Source: an uncultured Gemmatimonadaceae bacterium (GTDB lineage Bacteria; Gemmatimonadota; Gemmatimonadetes; Gemmatimonadales; Gemmatimonadaceae). Taken from it: DNA of 64,000 nucleotides. Shown in pieces: positions 10,460-20,322 of the stretch. The notes beneath the pieces were generated by a model. That model worked only from the letters and a program-made list of their open reading frames with translations, made no database searches and was not told the origin of the DNA. Position numbers and translations under genes: made by a program. Within the stretch, counting starts at the first letter, position 1. Each line of letters starts with the position of its first letter. Location: positions 288,001-352,000 of the forward strand of contig CAWBOC010000005.1 of assembly GCA_963790305.1 (NCBI GenBank), in the 5' to 3' direction.

Positions 10460-11951
10460 CACCATCGCCCGCGGCGCTGCCGTGTGGCCGGTCGTCATAC
10501 CCCTTTTGGGCGCCGCGCTCACTCTGCTGCTTCGTCGCTCACCATTGATGCAGCGGGGCGTGATGGAGGGCAGCGTGATGCTGATGCTCGGCGCATCGGT
10601 CACGCTCCTGGCGCGCGTCGCGCGCGGTGACGTCGTGGTCATGGCCTTCGGCGGGTGGGGAGCGCCATTCGGGATAACCTTCGTCGCCGATCGTCTCGGT
10701 GCGGCGCTGTCGCTCGTCACCGGCATCGTGGCGCTCGCGGTCGCCATCTATGCGCGGGCTGACATTCGAGCACGCCGCAGGAGGGCGGGGTTCGATCCGC
10801 TGTTCCTCGGCATGCTCGCCGCGGTCAACGGCGCGTTTCTCACTGGCGATCTCTTCAATCTGTACGTCTGGTTCGAGCTGATGCTCATGGCTGCGCTCGG
10901 ACTCGTCACACTCGACCGGCGACCGGCGCAGATCAATGGCGCCATTCGTTATGCGGCCATGAGCATGCTGGGTGCGTCGTTCATCCTGATCGGCATCGGC
11001 CTGCTCTACCGCGAAGCTGGTACACTGGACATCGCCCATCTCGCCGTTACACTCGCCGGCCGGGAGTCGACGCTGACCCTCAGCACCTCGGCGTTCATGT
11101 TGCTGGCCGGGTTCGCTCTCAAGGCGGGACTCTTCCCGCTCTTCTTCTGGCTGCCCGCGTCGTATCACACCGCTCCGATATCGGTGACCGCCGCGCTCGC
11201 CGGGCTGCTGACCAAGGTCGGGCTCTATGCTTGCCTGCGCGTGCTGGTAGTGGTCTTCGACATCGGTGGAACGGCGATCGTCCCGGGCATCCCACAGCTG
11301 GCGGCGCTACTCGCTGCGGCGACAATGATCGTCAGCGTTCTGGCCGCGATCGCCCAGGTCGACATTCGCAGACTGCTTGCGTTTCACATCCTCGGCCAGG
11401 TTGCATATCTCATGTTGGGACTGGCTCTGGCTTCGTCGGCGGGCCTCGCGGCCGCCATCGTCTACATGATGCACACGATGCTCGTACAGACTGGTCTGTT
11501 CCTGGGCGCGGGTGCGATCGCGCGGGCTCAAGGCAGTTACGACCTGCGGGACGGGACCGGGCTTATTCGGGACCGTCCGCTGTTCACAGCGCTGTTCGCG
11601 GTGATGGCCCTGTCGCTCTCGGGTGTCCCACCATTGTCGGGTTTCTGGGCCAAGTTTCTCGTCATCGATGCCGCATTCCGTGCCGAAGCTGCCTGGCTCG
11701 CCCTGGCGGCATTGATCGTGGGCTTTCTGACCATGTATTCCATGAGCACCCTCTGGTCGGACGCGTTCTGGGGAACGACCGCGAGGCGCCCGCGCGTGAT
11801 TCGTCCTATTCCTCCGGCAATGATGTACGCGATGATCCTGCTCGGTATGTGCACGATCGGCATTGGGCTCGCCATCGATGTCGTCTATACCTTCGCCACT
11901 GACGCCGCATCACAACTGACTCGTCCGATGTCCATCGGAATGACGCGATGA
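10437..11951 (+). CDS. mrpD: Mrp antiporter subunit D
   Basis: FLTGDLFNLYVWFE, LKAGLFPLFFWLPASY, LLTKVG and GVPPLSGFWAK; start at 10437 or 10449. Confidence 0.93.
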   Translation: MRQPVIADTIARGAAVWPVVIPLLGAALTLLLRRSPLMQRGVMEGSVMLMLGASVTLLARVARGDVVVMAFGGWGAPFGITFVADRLGAALSLVTGIVALAVAIYARADIRARRRRAGFDPLFLGMLAAVNGAFLTGDLFNLYVWFELMLMAALGLVTLDRRPAQINGAIRYAAMSMLGASFILIGIGLLYREAGTLDIAHLAVTLAGRESTLTLSTSAFMLLAGFALKAGLFPLFFWLPASYHTAPISVTAALAGLLTKVGLYACLRVLVVVFDIGGTAIVPGIPQLAALLAAATMIVSVLAAIAQVDIRRLLAFHILGQVAYLMLGLALASSAGLAAAIVYMMHTMLVQTGLFLGAGAIARAQGSYDLRDGTGLIRDRPLFTALFAVMALSLSGVPPLSGFWAKFLVIDAAFRAEAAWLALAALIVGFLTMYSMSTLWSDAFWGTTARRPRVIRPIPPAMMYAMILLGMCTIGIGLAIDVVYTFATDAASQLTRPMSIGMTR

Positions 11952-12289
11952 GCCTCACGCGTCGCACGTGGGCCGGAATCTCCCTGGCGGGCATCTTCCT
12001 CTACGATCTGGTGGTAGCGTCCCTCGCCGTGGCGCGCATTGTCCTCGCGCCCCATCCGCGGCCGATGCCGGCGATCGTGAGAGTGCCTGTCGACGCGCGA
12101 ACGGATTGGGGGATCGCGCTCTTCGCCTACCTGGTGTCGATGACCCCCGGCTCGACCTGCCTGCACGTGGCCGAGGACCGCAGCGCGCTCTTCGTGCATT
12201 TTCTCCACGCGCCTGACGAGACCGCGCGGGCGGCCGAGATCAAGGCGCTGTTCGAGCGTCGAATACGCACCCTGGAAGGAGGGAGTTAG
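11948..12289 (+). CDS. mrpE: Mrp antiporter subunit E
   Basis: SMTPGS motif; position in the operon; ATGA overlap. Confidence 0.88.
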   Translation: MSLTRRTWAGISLAGIFLYDLVVASLAVARIVLAPHPRPMPAIVRVPVDARTDWGIALFAYLVSMTPGSTCLHVAEDRSALFVHFLHAPDETARAAEIKALFERRIRTLEGGS

Positions 12290-12292
12290 CGC

Positions 12293-12576
12293 GTGATGGA
12301 GCTCCGCGTTCGCGATCGCCCCGCCAATTCTGATCGCTGTGCTCGCCCTTCCGTTTGCGCTCGCGGCCTATCGGATGGTCAAAGGGCCGGGATACGCCGA
12401 TCGTTTCGTGGCGCTCGACATGCTGACGGCCGTGGCCGTGTGCTTCTCCGCGCTCACGGCCGTTGTCGACCGGCCGAAGCGCCTTCCTGGACATCGGGTT
12501 GGGACTCGTACTCATCAACTTCGTATCCACGTGCGCGGTCGCGGCGTTTCTCGAGCGTAAGAGAAATCACCAGTGA
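12293..12576 (+). pseudogene. mrpF: Mrp antiporter subunit F with two apparent +1 frameshifts (probably sequence errors)
   Basis: Removing one base near 12305 and one near 12468 gives MELAFAIAPPILIAVL...GPGYADRFVALD...TGRSAFLDIGLGLVLINFVSTCAVAAFLER, ending in a GTGA overlap with mrpG. Confidence 0.82.
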
Positions 12577-12947
12577 TCCAGACGATGATCGCCTTAGCCA
12601 TGCTGGTCATTGGCGTCATGTTCGTTACGATTGCTGCGGTTGGCGTGGCGCGACTTCCCGACGTCTTTCAGCGAATGCACGCGGCGACGAAGGCCGGTGG
12701 CATTGGCGTCAGCCTCGTCGTTGGCGGAGCACTCGTTGCCGGTACTTCGAAGCCGCTGACCGGCGTTCTCACCATCGTCTTGATGCTCCTCACGCTCTCC
12801 GCGGCGTCGCAGCTCCTCGCCCGCGCCGCGTACGTGTCGGGCGCCAAGCTGCACGGCATCGAGCGTAGAGACGCGCTCGCGGGAGTGCTCCCCCGGCAGG
12901 ATGCTCCGCTCGAGGAGCGAACGTCGTCGCACCATCTCGGTCGATAG
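12573..12947 (+). CDS. mrpG: Mrp antiporter subunit G
   Basis: RLPDVFQRMHAATKAG motif. Confidence 0.9.
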   Translation: MIQTMIALAMLVIGVMFVTIAAVGVARLPDVFQRMHAATKAGGIGVSLVVGGALVAGTSKPLTGVLTIVLMLLTLSAASQLLARAAYVSGAKLHGIERRDALAGVLPRQDAPLEERTSSHHLGR

Positions 12948-12973
12948 CCCACGCGATAACGCGGAGGTGTTAC

Positions 12974-15085
12974 GTGCGCATGCCTGACAGCGACGACATC
13001 CTCGTGCTCGGTACCCATGAGCAAGACGCCTCCACCTCCGGGCATGTGCATGTCGCGGGTCACGAGCACGGAGCTACGCACGGGGAACGCGCGGATCACG
13101 GTCCGCACGCCGGCCACGACAAGCACGCGGGCCACAGCGTGGGCATGTTCCGCGACAAGTTCTGGATCTCCCTGCTGCTGACGCTCCCGACTCTGGTCTG
13201 GGGACACATGCTGCAGAGCGCGCTGGGGTACGCGGCGCCGTCCTTTCCCGGCTCCATGTGGATTCCCCCGGTATTCGGAACGGCGGTGTTCCTCTATGGC
13301 GGCTGGGTCTTTATCCAGGGCGCAATCCAGGAGCTCAGGAACCGGCTGCCAGGGATGATGACGCTCATCGCCCTGGCCATCACCGTCGCATTTGTGTTCA
13401 GCGCCGTCGTGACGCTTGGCTATTCCGGAATGCCGCTGTGGGAAGAGCTGGCCACGCTGGTCACGATCATGTTGCTCGGCCACTGGATCGAGATGCGCTC
13501 GATCACGCAGGCCCAGGGCGCGCTCAAGGAGTTGGCGAAGCTCCTCCCAAGCACGGCAACTCGCGTTGACGGCGACCGAACCGAGGAGGTGCCTATCGAG
13601 CAGTTACGCGACGGCGACCTCGTTCTCGTTCGCCCCGGTGCGAGCATCCCCGCTGATGGTACGGTGAAGCAGGGGAAAAGCGCGGTAAACGAGGCGATGA
13701 TCACCGGTGAGTCCCGTGCCGTCGAGAAGAAGGAAGGGGACAAAGTCATCGCCGGAACGGTCAATGACTCTGGCTCACTGAGGGTAAAGGTCACCGGCAC
13801 CGGCGATCGCACGGCGCTTGCCGGAATCATGCGCCTGGTCGACCAGGCGCAGACGTCTCGCTCGCGTGCTCAGGCGCTCGCCGACCGCGCCGCGTTCATT
13901 CTCACCTTCGTCGCACTCGGCGCCGCGGCGATTACGCTCGTCGCCTGGCTCGCGCTGCGCGCCGAGCCTGCGTTCGCCATTGAGCGGGTCGTCACCGTCC
14001 TCGTGATCGCCTGCCCGCACGCGCTCGGACTGGCGATCCCGCTCGTCGTCGCGATCTCGACGACACTCGGCGCGCGAAACGGTCTGCTCGTGCGTGACCG
14101 ACGTGGCCTCGAGGAAGCGCGCCGTGTCAATGCCGTGATCTTCGACAAGACCGGAACACTCACGTTAGGGGAGCACCGAGTGGTCGACGTGGCGACCGTG
14201 GATGGGCTGTCGCCCGACGAGGCGCTTCGCCTTGCGGCCGCGCTGGAACACGACTCCGAGCATCCGGTCGCTCGAGCGATCGTTAGGAGCGCCGAGGAGC
14301 GGGGTGTCCGCGTGCCGGCGTCATCGGAGTTCGGGTACCTCCCAGGGCGCGGGGTGCGCGCAACGATTGAAGGGCGGCGGCTGGCAGCGGGCGGGCCCAA
14401 TCTCCTTCTCGAGCTCCGGGTGCAACCCGAACCCTCGCTTCGCAGCGCCGCGGAGCAAGCCGCGGCACGCGGCCAGGGGGCCATCTATCTCGTGGAGAAC
14501 GGACGCGCCATCGCGGTGTTTGCCGTCGCCGATGCGATACGACCGGAGTCAGCCGAGGCCATACGCCGCTTGCACGAGGAGCACGTCGAGGTCGTGATGC
14601 TCACCGGCGACGCTCGCGCGGTCGCGGAGGCCGTCGCCAAAGAGCTCGGGATCGATCGCGTTTTCGCCGAGGTGCTGCCTGACCAGAAGGTGGCGAAGGT
14701 CAAGGAGCTGCAGGCACAGGGAAAGAAGGTCGCCATGGTTGGCGACGGCGTGAATGACGCGCCCGCTCTTCTCACGGCCGACGTCGGGATCGCCATTGGC
14801 GCCGGGACCAATGTCGCGGTAGAGGCCGGGGACATCGTGCTCGTCCGAAGTGATCCGCGGGACGTCCCCAGGATCATCGCACTGAGCCGCGCGAGCTACC
14901 GGAAGATGGTGCAGAATCTGTGGTGGGCCGCTGGCTACAACGTCGTCGCGATTCCCCTGGCCGCCGGAATCTTCGCCGCTCGAGGATTCGTGCTCTCGCC
15001 GGCTGTGGGAGCCGTGCTCATGTCGGCGAGCACCGTTATCGTCGCCATCAATGCGCAGCTGCTTCGACGCACGAAGCTCGATTGA
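12974..15085 (+). CDS. Copper-translocating P1B-type ATPase (CopB-like, His-rich N-terminus)
   Basis: His-rich N-terminus, TGES, CPH, DKTGTLT, HP, GDGVNDAP, YN and MSAST motifs. Confidence 0.93.
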   Translation: MRMPDSDDILVLGTHEQDASTSGHVHVAGHEHGATHGERADHGPHAGHDKHAGHSVGMFRDKFWISLLLTLPTLVWGHMLQSALGYAAPSFPGSMWIPPVFGTAVFLYGGWVFIQGAIQELRNRLPGMMTLIALAITVAFVFSAVVTLGYSGMPLWEELATLVTIMLLGHWIEMRSITQAQGALKELAKLLPSTATRVDGDRTEEVPIEQLRDGDLVLVRPGASIPADGTVKQGKSAVNEAMITGESRAVEKKEGDKVIAGTVNDSGSLRVKVTGTGDRTALAGIMRLVDQAQTSRSRAQALADRAAFILTFVALGAAAITLVAWLALRAEPAFAIERVVTVLVIACPHALGLAIPLVVAISTTLGARNGLLVRDRRGLEEARRVNAVIFDKTGTLTLGEHRVVDVATVDGLSPDEALRLAAALEHDSEHPVARAIVRSAEERGVRVPASSEFGYLPGRGVRATIEGRRLAAGGPNLLLELRVQPEPSLRSAAEQAAARGQGAIYLVENGRAIAVFAVADAIRPESAEAIRRLHEEHVEVVMLTGDARAVAEAVAKELGIDRVFAEVLPDQKVAKVKELQAQGKKVAMVGDGVNDAPALLTADVGIAIGAGTNVAVEAGDIVLVRSDPRDVPRIIALSRASYRKMVQNLWWAAGYNVVAIPLAAGIFAARGFVLSPAVGAVLMSASTVIVAINAQLLRRTKLD

Positions 15086-15123
15086 ACCACGCGGCGAAGA
15101 TCGATAGCAAAGCGGAGGGGTAC

Positions 15124-15876
15124 ATGCTGCTCAAAGGGAAGTCGGCGATCGTGACCGGTGCCGGGTCTGGGATCGGTCGCGCCGTGGCGATCGCGTACGC
15201 GCGCGCCGGAGCACGCGTCATCGTTTCCGACATCGCCGAGGATGCGGGCAAGGAGACCGTTCGTCTCGTGACGAAGAACGTCTCGGGCGCCAATGCGGTG
15301 TTCGTGCGCGCCGACGCCTCGAGCGCGAAGGACCACGCGGCGCTGGCGCAGGCGGCGGTCGACCGTTTCGGCGCGCTCCACATCGCCTGCAACAACGCGG
15401 GAATCGGCGGCGAGCTGAACTTCGTCGCGGCCATGAGCGTCGAGGGATGGCGCAAGGTCATCGACGTGAACCTCACCGGCGTGTTCTACGCGATGCAGGC
15501 ACAAATTCCGCCCATGCTTCAGACGGGCGGCGGTGCGATCGTAAACATGGCGTCGATCCTCGGCCAGGTTGGAACGAAGGGGTCGGCCGGCTACGTCGCC
15601 GCGAAGCACGGCGTGCTCGGCCTCACGCAGACCGCGGCGCTCGAGTATGCGGAGCAGGGAATCCGCGTGAACGCCGTCGGTCCCGGCTACATCGACACGC
15701 CGTTGCTGGACTCCCTCTCCCCCAAGGTGAAAGCCGCGCTCATCGAGCTGCATCCCATCGGCCGCCTGGGCCGCCCCGAGGAAGTCGCCGATCTCGTGGT
15801 CTGGCTGAGCAGCGACCAGGCGGCGTTCGTCACTGGTGCGTATTACCCGGTCGACGGAGGCTATCTCGCACGTTGA
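15124..15876 (+). CDS. Classical SDR family NAD(P)-dependent oxidoreductase
   Basis: TGAGSGIG, NNAG, YVAAK and VDGG motifs; GGAGG RBS. Confidence 0.93.
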   Translation: MLLKGKSAIVTGAGSGIGRAVAIAYARAGARVIVSDIAEDAGKETVRLVTKNVSGANAVFVRADASSAKDHAALAQAAVDRFGALHIACNNAGIGGELNFVAAMSVEGWRKVIDVNLTGVFYAMQAQIPPMLQTGGGAIVNMASILGQVGTKGSAGYVAAKHGVLGLTQTAALEYAEQGIRVNAVGPGYIDTPLLDSLSPKVKAALIELHPIGRLGRPEEVADLVVWLSSDQAAFVTGAYYPVDGGYLAR

Positions 15877-15942
15877 GATCCGGCGTGATCCGAACTGACG
15901 ACGCGAACGTCCATCGCCTCGAGCCGGCGAAAGAACCGAGCG

Positions 15943-17208
15943 TTACAGGCTCTTGAGATACTCGCCGAGATCGCGCTTCTGCTGATCGCTCAGTCGTAGA
16001 TTGAGCACGCGGTCGTAGTGCTGGATGACATCGGCGAGGGTCGCCGCGCTGCCGTCATGGAAATATGGCGGATGCTGCCAGAGTGCGCGGAGCGGGGTCG
16101 TCCGATACCTCTTGTTCGCGGTACGCATCGCGTAGGCTCCGTCCATGCCAGTCTCCGACGGCACGTGCAGTGTCCCGGCGTTGTTGTCCGTATTCGTGCC
16201 GCCAACGTGACACCGCACGCACCTGTCGTTGAAGACCGTCCGCCCGCGCTCGGCGGCAGCGACATCGAAGCTGCCGGCTGGCGGTCGTGGCGCCGCGATG
16301 CTGTGCTGGTAGCTACGCAATGCGGCCAGCTTCGGGGCTACCAGGTCGGGCGATTGCCTGATATCGATGCCGAGACGTGGATCGGAGAAGTCGCCCTGTC
16401 CGTGCATCTGGGTGATCGCGACATAGGCATTCCAGTAGGACATCGGACCCTCGGCCGTGAACGTCTCGTTCTGCACCTGCGCCAGACCGTAGGCGGGCGG
16501 TAAGACGAGGGGTGTACTCTTACCATCAAAGTTGTAGCGCGGATCGTATTTGCCAGGACCCCATGAGTTGTAGACCGCCTTCTGCGCCGGCGTAATGGCC
16601 GGCGAGAGCGCGACGATCGCACCGACGTTGAGGTCGAGGTTTGGCCATCCGTCTTGACGGCGCCCGATCCCCGGGGCGAATGAGTTGTCGACCGTGGAAT
16701 GACAAAGGGCGCAGGTGACGCCGAGGCGCGTGAGGCTGTCCCTGCCATTCACCGTGGTCACCGTGCCCTTGAGTCCGACGACCGCGTTGAGCTTGAGGAG
16801 CGCCACCGTCGTGGCCGGGCTGTTGAGGTCGACCTGGCCCGCCTTGATTGCTTGCGCGACAGCCGCTGGGATCGCGTCGGCGTCTACCTTGAGGCCCACC
16901 TTCAGGGCCGTCGCGGGGCTCACCGACGTCTGGACGACCTCGTGCATTCGCGCGGTGTCGGTCCAGAACTTCTCGTCGCCAAACGTCTCGAAGCGAAAGA
17001 TCTGCCGTCCTTCGGCAAGGGTCTGCGCCGACAGATCATCAGTCGCTGGCCCGCCACCGGTCGGCGTAGCCTGAGCCTCCTCGCGCGCGCTCTGTGGGGT
17101 GCAACCAGCCAGCATGATCAGCAGACTCAACGAGAGCGTGACGGTCGAGGCCAGGCGCATGCACCCGGTCGGGCTCGTTAGGGTGCGACGCATTCTGCGG
17201 ATAGACAT
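15943..17208 (-). CDS. Di-heme c-type cytochrome lipoprotein (peroxidase/RoxA-like C-terminus)
   Basis: Lipobox LAGC; heme motifs CALCH and CVRCH; C-terminal TPLRALWQHPPYFHDGS. Confidence 0.8.
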   Translation of the reverse strand: MSIRRMRRTLTSPTGCMRLASTVTLSLSLLIMLAGCTPQSAREEAQATPTGGGPATDDLSAQTLAEGRQIFRFETFGDEKFWTDTARMHEVVQTSVSPATALKVGLKVDADAIPAAVAQAIKAGQVDLNSPATTVALLKLNAVVGLKGTVTTVNGRDSLTRLGVTCALCHSTVDNSFAPGIGRRQDGWPNLDLNVGAIVALSPAITPAQKAVYNSWGPGKYDPRYNFDGKSTPLVLPPAYGLAQVQNETFTAEGPMSYWNAYVAITQMHGQGDFSDPRLGIDIRQSPDLVAPKLAALRSYQHSIAAPRPPAGSFDVAAAERGRTVFNDRCVRCHVGGTNTDNNAGTLHVPSETGMDGAYAMRTANKRYRTTPLRALWQHPPYFHDGSAATLADVIQHYDRVLNLRLSDQQKRDLGEYLKSL

Positions 17209-17274
17209 GGTGTGGCCCTCCCAGTGACGTTCGATCGACGTGGACGGCTAACGAGGCACGGGCAGCTGTCATGA

Positions 17275-17928
17275 TCATGCGCGCTGATGCGCGAGGCTGA
17301 GAAACTCATCCCGCGTCATCGGGCACTCGCGGAACTGACCCCGCAGCGCACTCGTGATCGTCTTCGAGTTCTGCTTCTCGACCCCGCGCATCATCATGCA
17401 GAGGTGCATGGCTTCGACCACCACTCCTACGCCGCGTGGCTGCAAGATCGCCTCGATCGCCTGCGCAAGCTGCTCCGTGAGCCGCTCCTGTACCTGCAGA
17501 CGTCGCGCAAAGACTTCCACGATCCGTGGCAGCTTCGATAGGCCAACGATCTTCCCATCAGGGATGTAGGCGATGTGCACCTTCCCAAAGAACGGCAGCA
17601 TGTGGTGCTCGCACAGCGAGTACATCTCAATGTCGCGCACCATGATCATGCTCTCGTGCGTTTCCTCGAAGACGGCATCGCCGACCACATCACGCACATT
17701 CTCGTCGTAGCCTCGTGTGAGCCATGCGAGCGACTTCGCGACGCGCTCGGGCGTCTTGAGAAGTCCCTCCCGGTTGGCGCTCTCTCCCAGCAGCTCGAGC
17801 TGTCGCCGGACAAGTCCCGCGAATTCTTCTCGGTCCTCGGCGTCGGCGATCGACGTGGCCTCGAGCGTGAGATCCCCAACGTCGGAATCGGGCGCCATCC
17901 GGCGCCGGGCAGCTGCGTTAGGCATCAC
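17275..17928 (-). CDS. folE: GTP cyclohydrolase I
   Basis: [39 protein letters not shown] and HLCMMMRGV. Confidence 0.95.
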   Translation of the reverse strand: MMPNAAARRRMAPDSDVGDLTLEATSIADAEDREEFAGLVRRQLELLGESANREGLLKTPERVAKSLAWLTRGYDENVRDVVGDAVFEETHESMIMVRDIEMYSLCEHHMLPFFGKVHIAYIPDGKIVGLSKLPRIVEVFARRLQVQERLTEQLAQAIEAILQPRGVGVVVEAMHLCMMMRGVEKQNSKTITSALRGQFRECPMTRDEFLSLAHQRA

Positions 17929-19502
17929 GTGGCCTCGCCGCTCGCCATTTGGGGCGCGAACGCGTTGGCGTCGTCCACCTCCAGCGCGACCTCTGCCTCC
18001 AGACTGGCGTGGTCTCTCCCGACGGTTGCGATCGCGAGCGCCTTGCCGTGCTGGCGGAACGTGACGGCACAGTCTCGGTCCTGCGGGTTCCCCGAGACCT
18101 GAATGTCATCCCATCGTTCCGCATGGCCCACGTACCGGATCGACACGTCGTAGTGTCGACTCCAGAAAAAGGGTACCGCATCGAACGGCTCGCGACGGCC
18201 CATCATGTTCCGCGCGGCGGTCTGGCCCATGCGCTGCGCGACAACCCAGTGCTCGACGCGGATGCGGTCGCCCGTGCGCGGGTCCGGATATCGGGCGACG
18301 TCTCCCGCCGCGAAGATCCCAGGCTCGCTCGTCTCGAGGTACTGGTCGACGAGAATGCCACGGTCCACGGCAAGCCCCGTGTATATCGCGAGCGCGTCAT
18401 TTGGGCGCACGCCGATTCCCGCGACGACCATGTCCGCGGGAATGTGCTCGCCATTGTCCAGCGTCACGCTCCCCGCATCGATCCGGCTTGCCGTACGTCC
18501 CAGGTGGAACGCGACGCCGTGTGCTTCGTGAAGGGCGCGAACGAAATCGCTGAGGTCTCGGCCCATGATGCGCTCCAGTGGGTTCGCCTCGGGCGCTACA
18601 ACGTGAACCTTGAGCCCGCGAGCGCGCAGTGAAGCGGCCACCTCGAGGCCGATAAAGCTGGCGCCAATGACCACCGCGGAATCCGCCGCCGTTGCGGCGG
18701 CGATGAGAGCGCGGCTATCGGCGAGGGTGCGCAGGTAGTGCACGCGACTCGCGTTGGGCACCGAGGTCGGCAAATGCACCGGGCTGGAGCCGGTCGCAAG
18801 GAGCAGCGCTCCGAATTGGTGAGAGGTACCGTCGTCGAGCACGATGCGCTTGCCAGCCGCGTCGATGACCGTCACCTCCCTGCCTAACAGGAGACGGATA
18901 CCGCGCTCCTCATGGAATTCCGGGCCGCGAAGCGGGATCCACTCTTCCGGAGCAGTGCCAGCCAGGTAGTCCTTGGAGAGATTCGGCCGGTCATACGGGG
19001 CGGATGTATCGGCACCGATGAGGGTGATCGACCCGGCGTAGCCCTCCCGGCGGAGCGTGTCCGCAGCAGAGTCACCCGCCGCTCCCGCGCCGACGATGAT
19101 GATTGACGACGGCACCGCTCCGCCTGCCGTCCGATCCAGCGCGGCGCCCGATCGCACGGGCGATGCGAGCTCGCCCGTCACGAAGATCATCCCGTTCCGC
19201 TGCTCGACCGTCCAGCGCGCCAGCGGGTTGAGGGCCGGGGCGCGGATCGCCTCGCCCGTCCGGAGATCGAAGGACGCGTGGTGCCAGGGGCACCGCACAG
19301 CACCTCCGACGACAAGACCGAGCGCAAGCGGGGCGCCGTAGTGCGTGCATTGCCCGCCGACGGCGAACACGTCGTTGCCTTCCCGCGCGAGAAGCACAGG
19401 CTTCCCGTCCGAGTGTCCCGCAAGCATTCCGCCATCGGGAATGAGCGACAAGGAGACGCCTTGCGCGAAATCAGGCCCGCTTACCTCAGTCTGTTCACTC
19501 AC
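17925..19502 (-). CDS. Rieske [2Fe-2S] + FAD-dependent pyridine nucleotide oxidoreductase (AIF-like)
   Basis: CTHYG...CPWH Rieske motif, [27 protein letters not shown] and PFFWS. Confidence 0.92.
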   Translation of the reverse strand: MSEQTEVSGPDFAQGVSLSLIPDGGMLAGHSDGKPVLLAREGNDVFAVGGQCTHYGAPLALGLVVGGAVRCPWHHASFDLRTGEAIRAPALNPLARWTVEQRNGMIFVTGELASPVRSGAALDRTAGGAVPSSIIIVGAGAAGDSAADTLRREGYAGSITLIGADTSAPYDRPNLSKDYLAGTAPEEWIPLRGPEFHEERGIRLLLGREVTVIDAAGKRIVLDDGTSHQFGALLLATGSSPVHLPTSVPNASRVHYLRTLADSRALIAAATAADSAVVIGASFIGLEVAASLRARGLKVHVVAPEANPLERIMGRDLSDFVRALHEAHGVAFHLGRTASRIDAGSVTLDNGEHIPADMVVAGIGVRPNDALAIYTGLAVDRGILVDQYLETSEPGIFAAGDVARYPDPRTGDRIRVEHWVVAQRMGQTAARNMMGRREPFDAVPFFWSRHYDVSIRYVGHAERWDDIQVSGNPQDRDCAVTFRQHGKALAIATVGRDHASLEAEVALEVDDANAFAPQMASGEAT

Positions 19503-19600
19503 TGCGATCCCCCATGCGGAGTTGGAGGGTGGAGCGCGCCACGCCGTCGCGCCATTGTGGCGCGGCGGCGGTGCGCGGCGTTGCGGCGAGCGTCAAGGGC

Positions 19601-20185
19601 TCAGGTGCCAAGCTTCTTCCTGAGGTTTTCGGCCGCGATGCGGTGCGCATCGAAGGCCGGCGCGACTTTCTCGACAAACGCCTTGACCTCGCCGTTTTCA
19701 ATTGCCGGAAGGAGGGTACTCTGCACGGCGTTGATGACATCTTCGTGGAAGCGGACCTCATGATCGAGGAATGCCTTGTCGAACTCGGTGCCCTGTTTGG
19801 AGCGCAGGCTTGCCATGGCGTCCGCATGCGCCACCGCGCTCGCATCGTCGGCCGGCGGTGTTGGTGTCACGCCGAGCGCCTCGGCGAGGTCGCGTCCCTG
19901 CTGTCGGACAATCCTGTGGTCATGGACGAGCATCGCACCGAAGTCGCGGACCTCCTTCGTCGTGCCGCGCTCGACGGCCAGCTGACCAGTCTCGATGTCG
20001 GCCGTGTTCGCAGCATCGAAGATTGCGACGATGGTTGGGTCGTTCAGCGCCGCGCTCGGTTCGGATGACGACATTTCGGGAATGACGTCGCCCCTGGCCT
20101 CCGCCGGCTGGTCGTGGGACTGGCTGGTGCATGCCATCGTCGCGAGAGCGACGAAGGCGGCGAGTGCGGCGAAGCGCGTGCTCAT
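19601..20185 (-). CDS. DUF4142-family (ferritin-like fold) lipoprotein
   Basis: Lipobox TMAC; ANTADIETGQLA...VRDFGAMLVHDH...FDKAFLDHEV; GAGG RBS. Confidence 0.82.
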   Translation of the reverse strand: MSTRFAALAAFVALATMACTSQSHDQPAEARGDVIPEMSSSEPSAALNDPTIVAIFDAANTADIETGQLAVERGTTKEVRDFGAMLVHDHRIVRQQGRDLAEALGVTPTPPADDASAVAHADAMASLRSKQGTEFDKAFLDHEVRFHEDVINAVQSTLLPAIENGEVKAFVEKVAPAFDAHRIAAENLRKKLGT

Positions 20186-20233
20186 AGGTGTTTCCTCTGT
20201 GTGTCCTGTCGTCGAGCGCCATCCTGTAGATTG

Positions 20234-20278
20234 AGCGTACCAGCGGCGTTCTGAAGAAAGCATGAAGATGTCAGGAAG
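20234..20278 (-). promoter_or_regulatory. Putative OmpR-family direct-repeat box plus -10 element for the DUF4142 operon
   Basis: Minus strand reads CTTCC-N6-CTTCA-N6-CTTCA-N12-TACGCT; same architecture at 22300-22344. Confidence 0.6.
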
Positions 20279-20322
20279 CTTCGCTTAGCCCAGCCTCGCC
20301 TCGCTCGAAGGAATCGTCAGGC

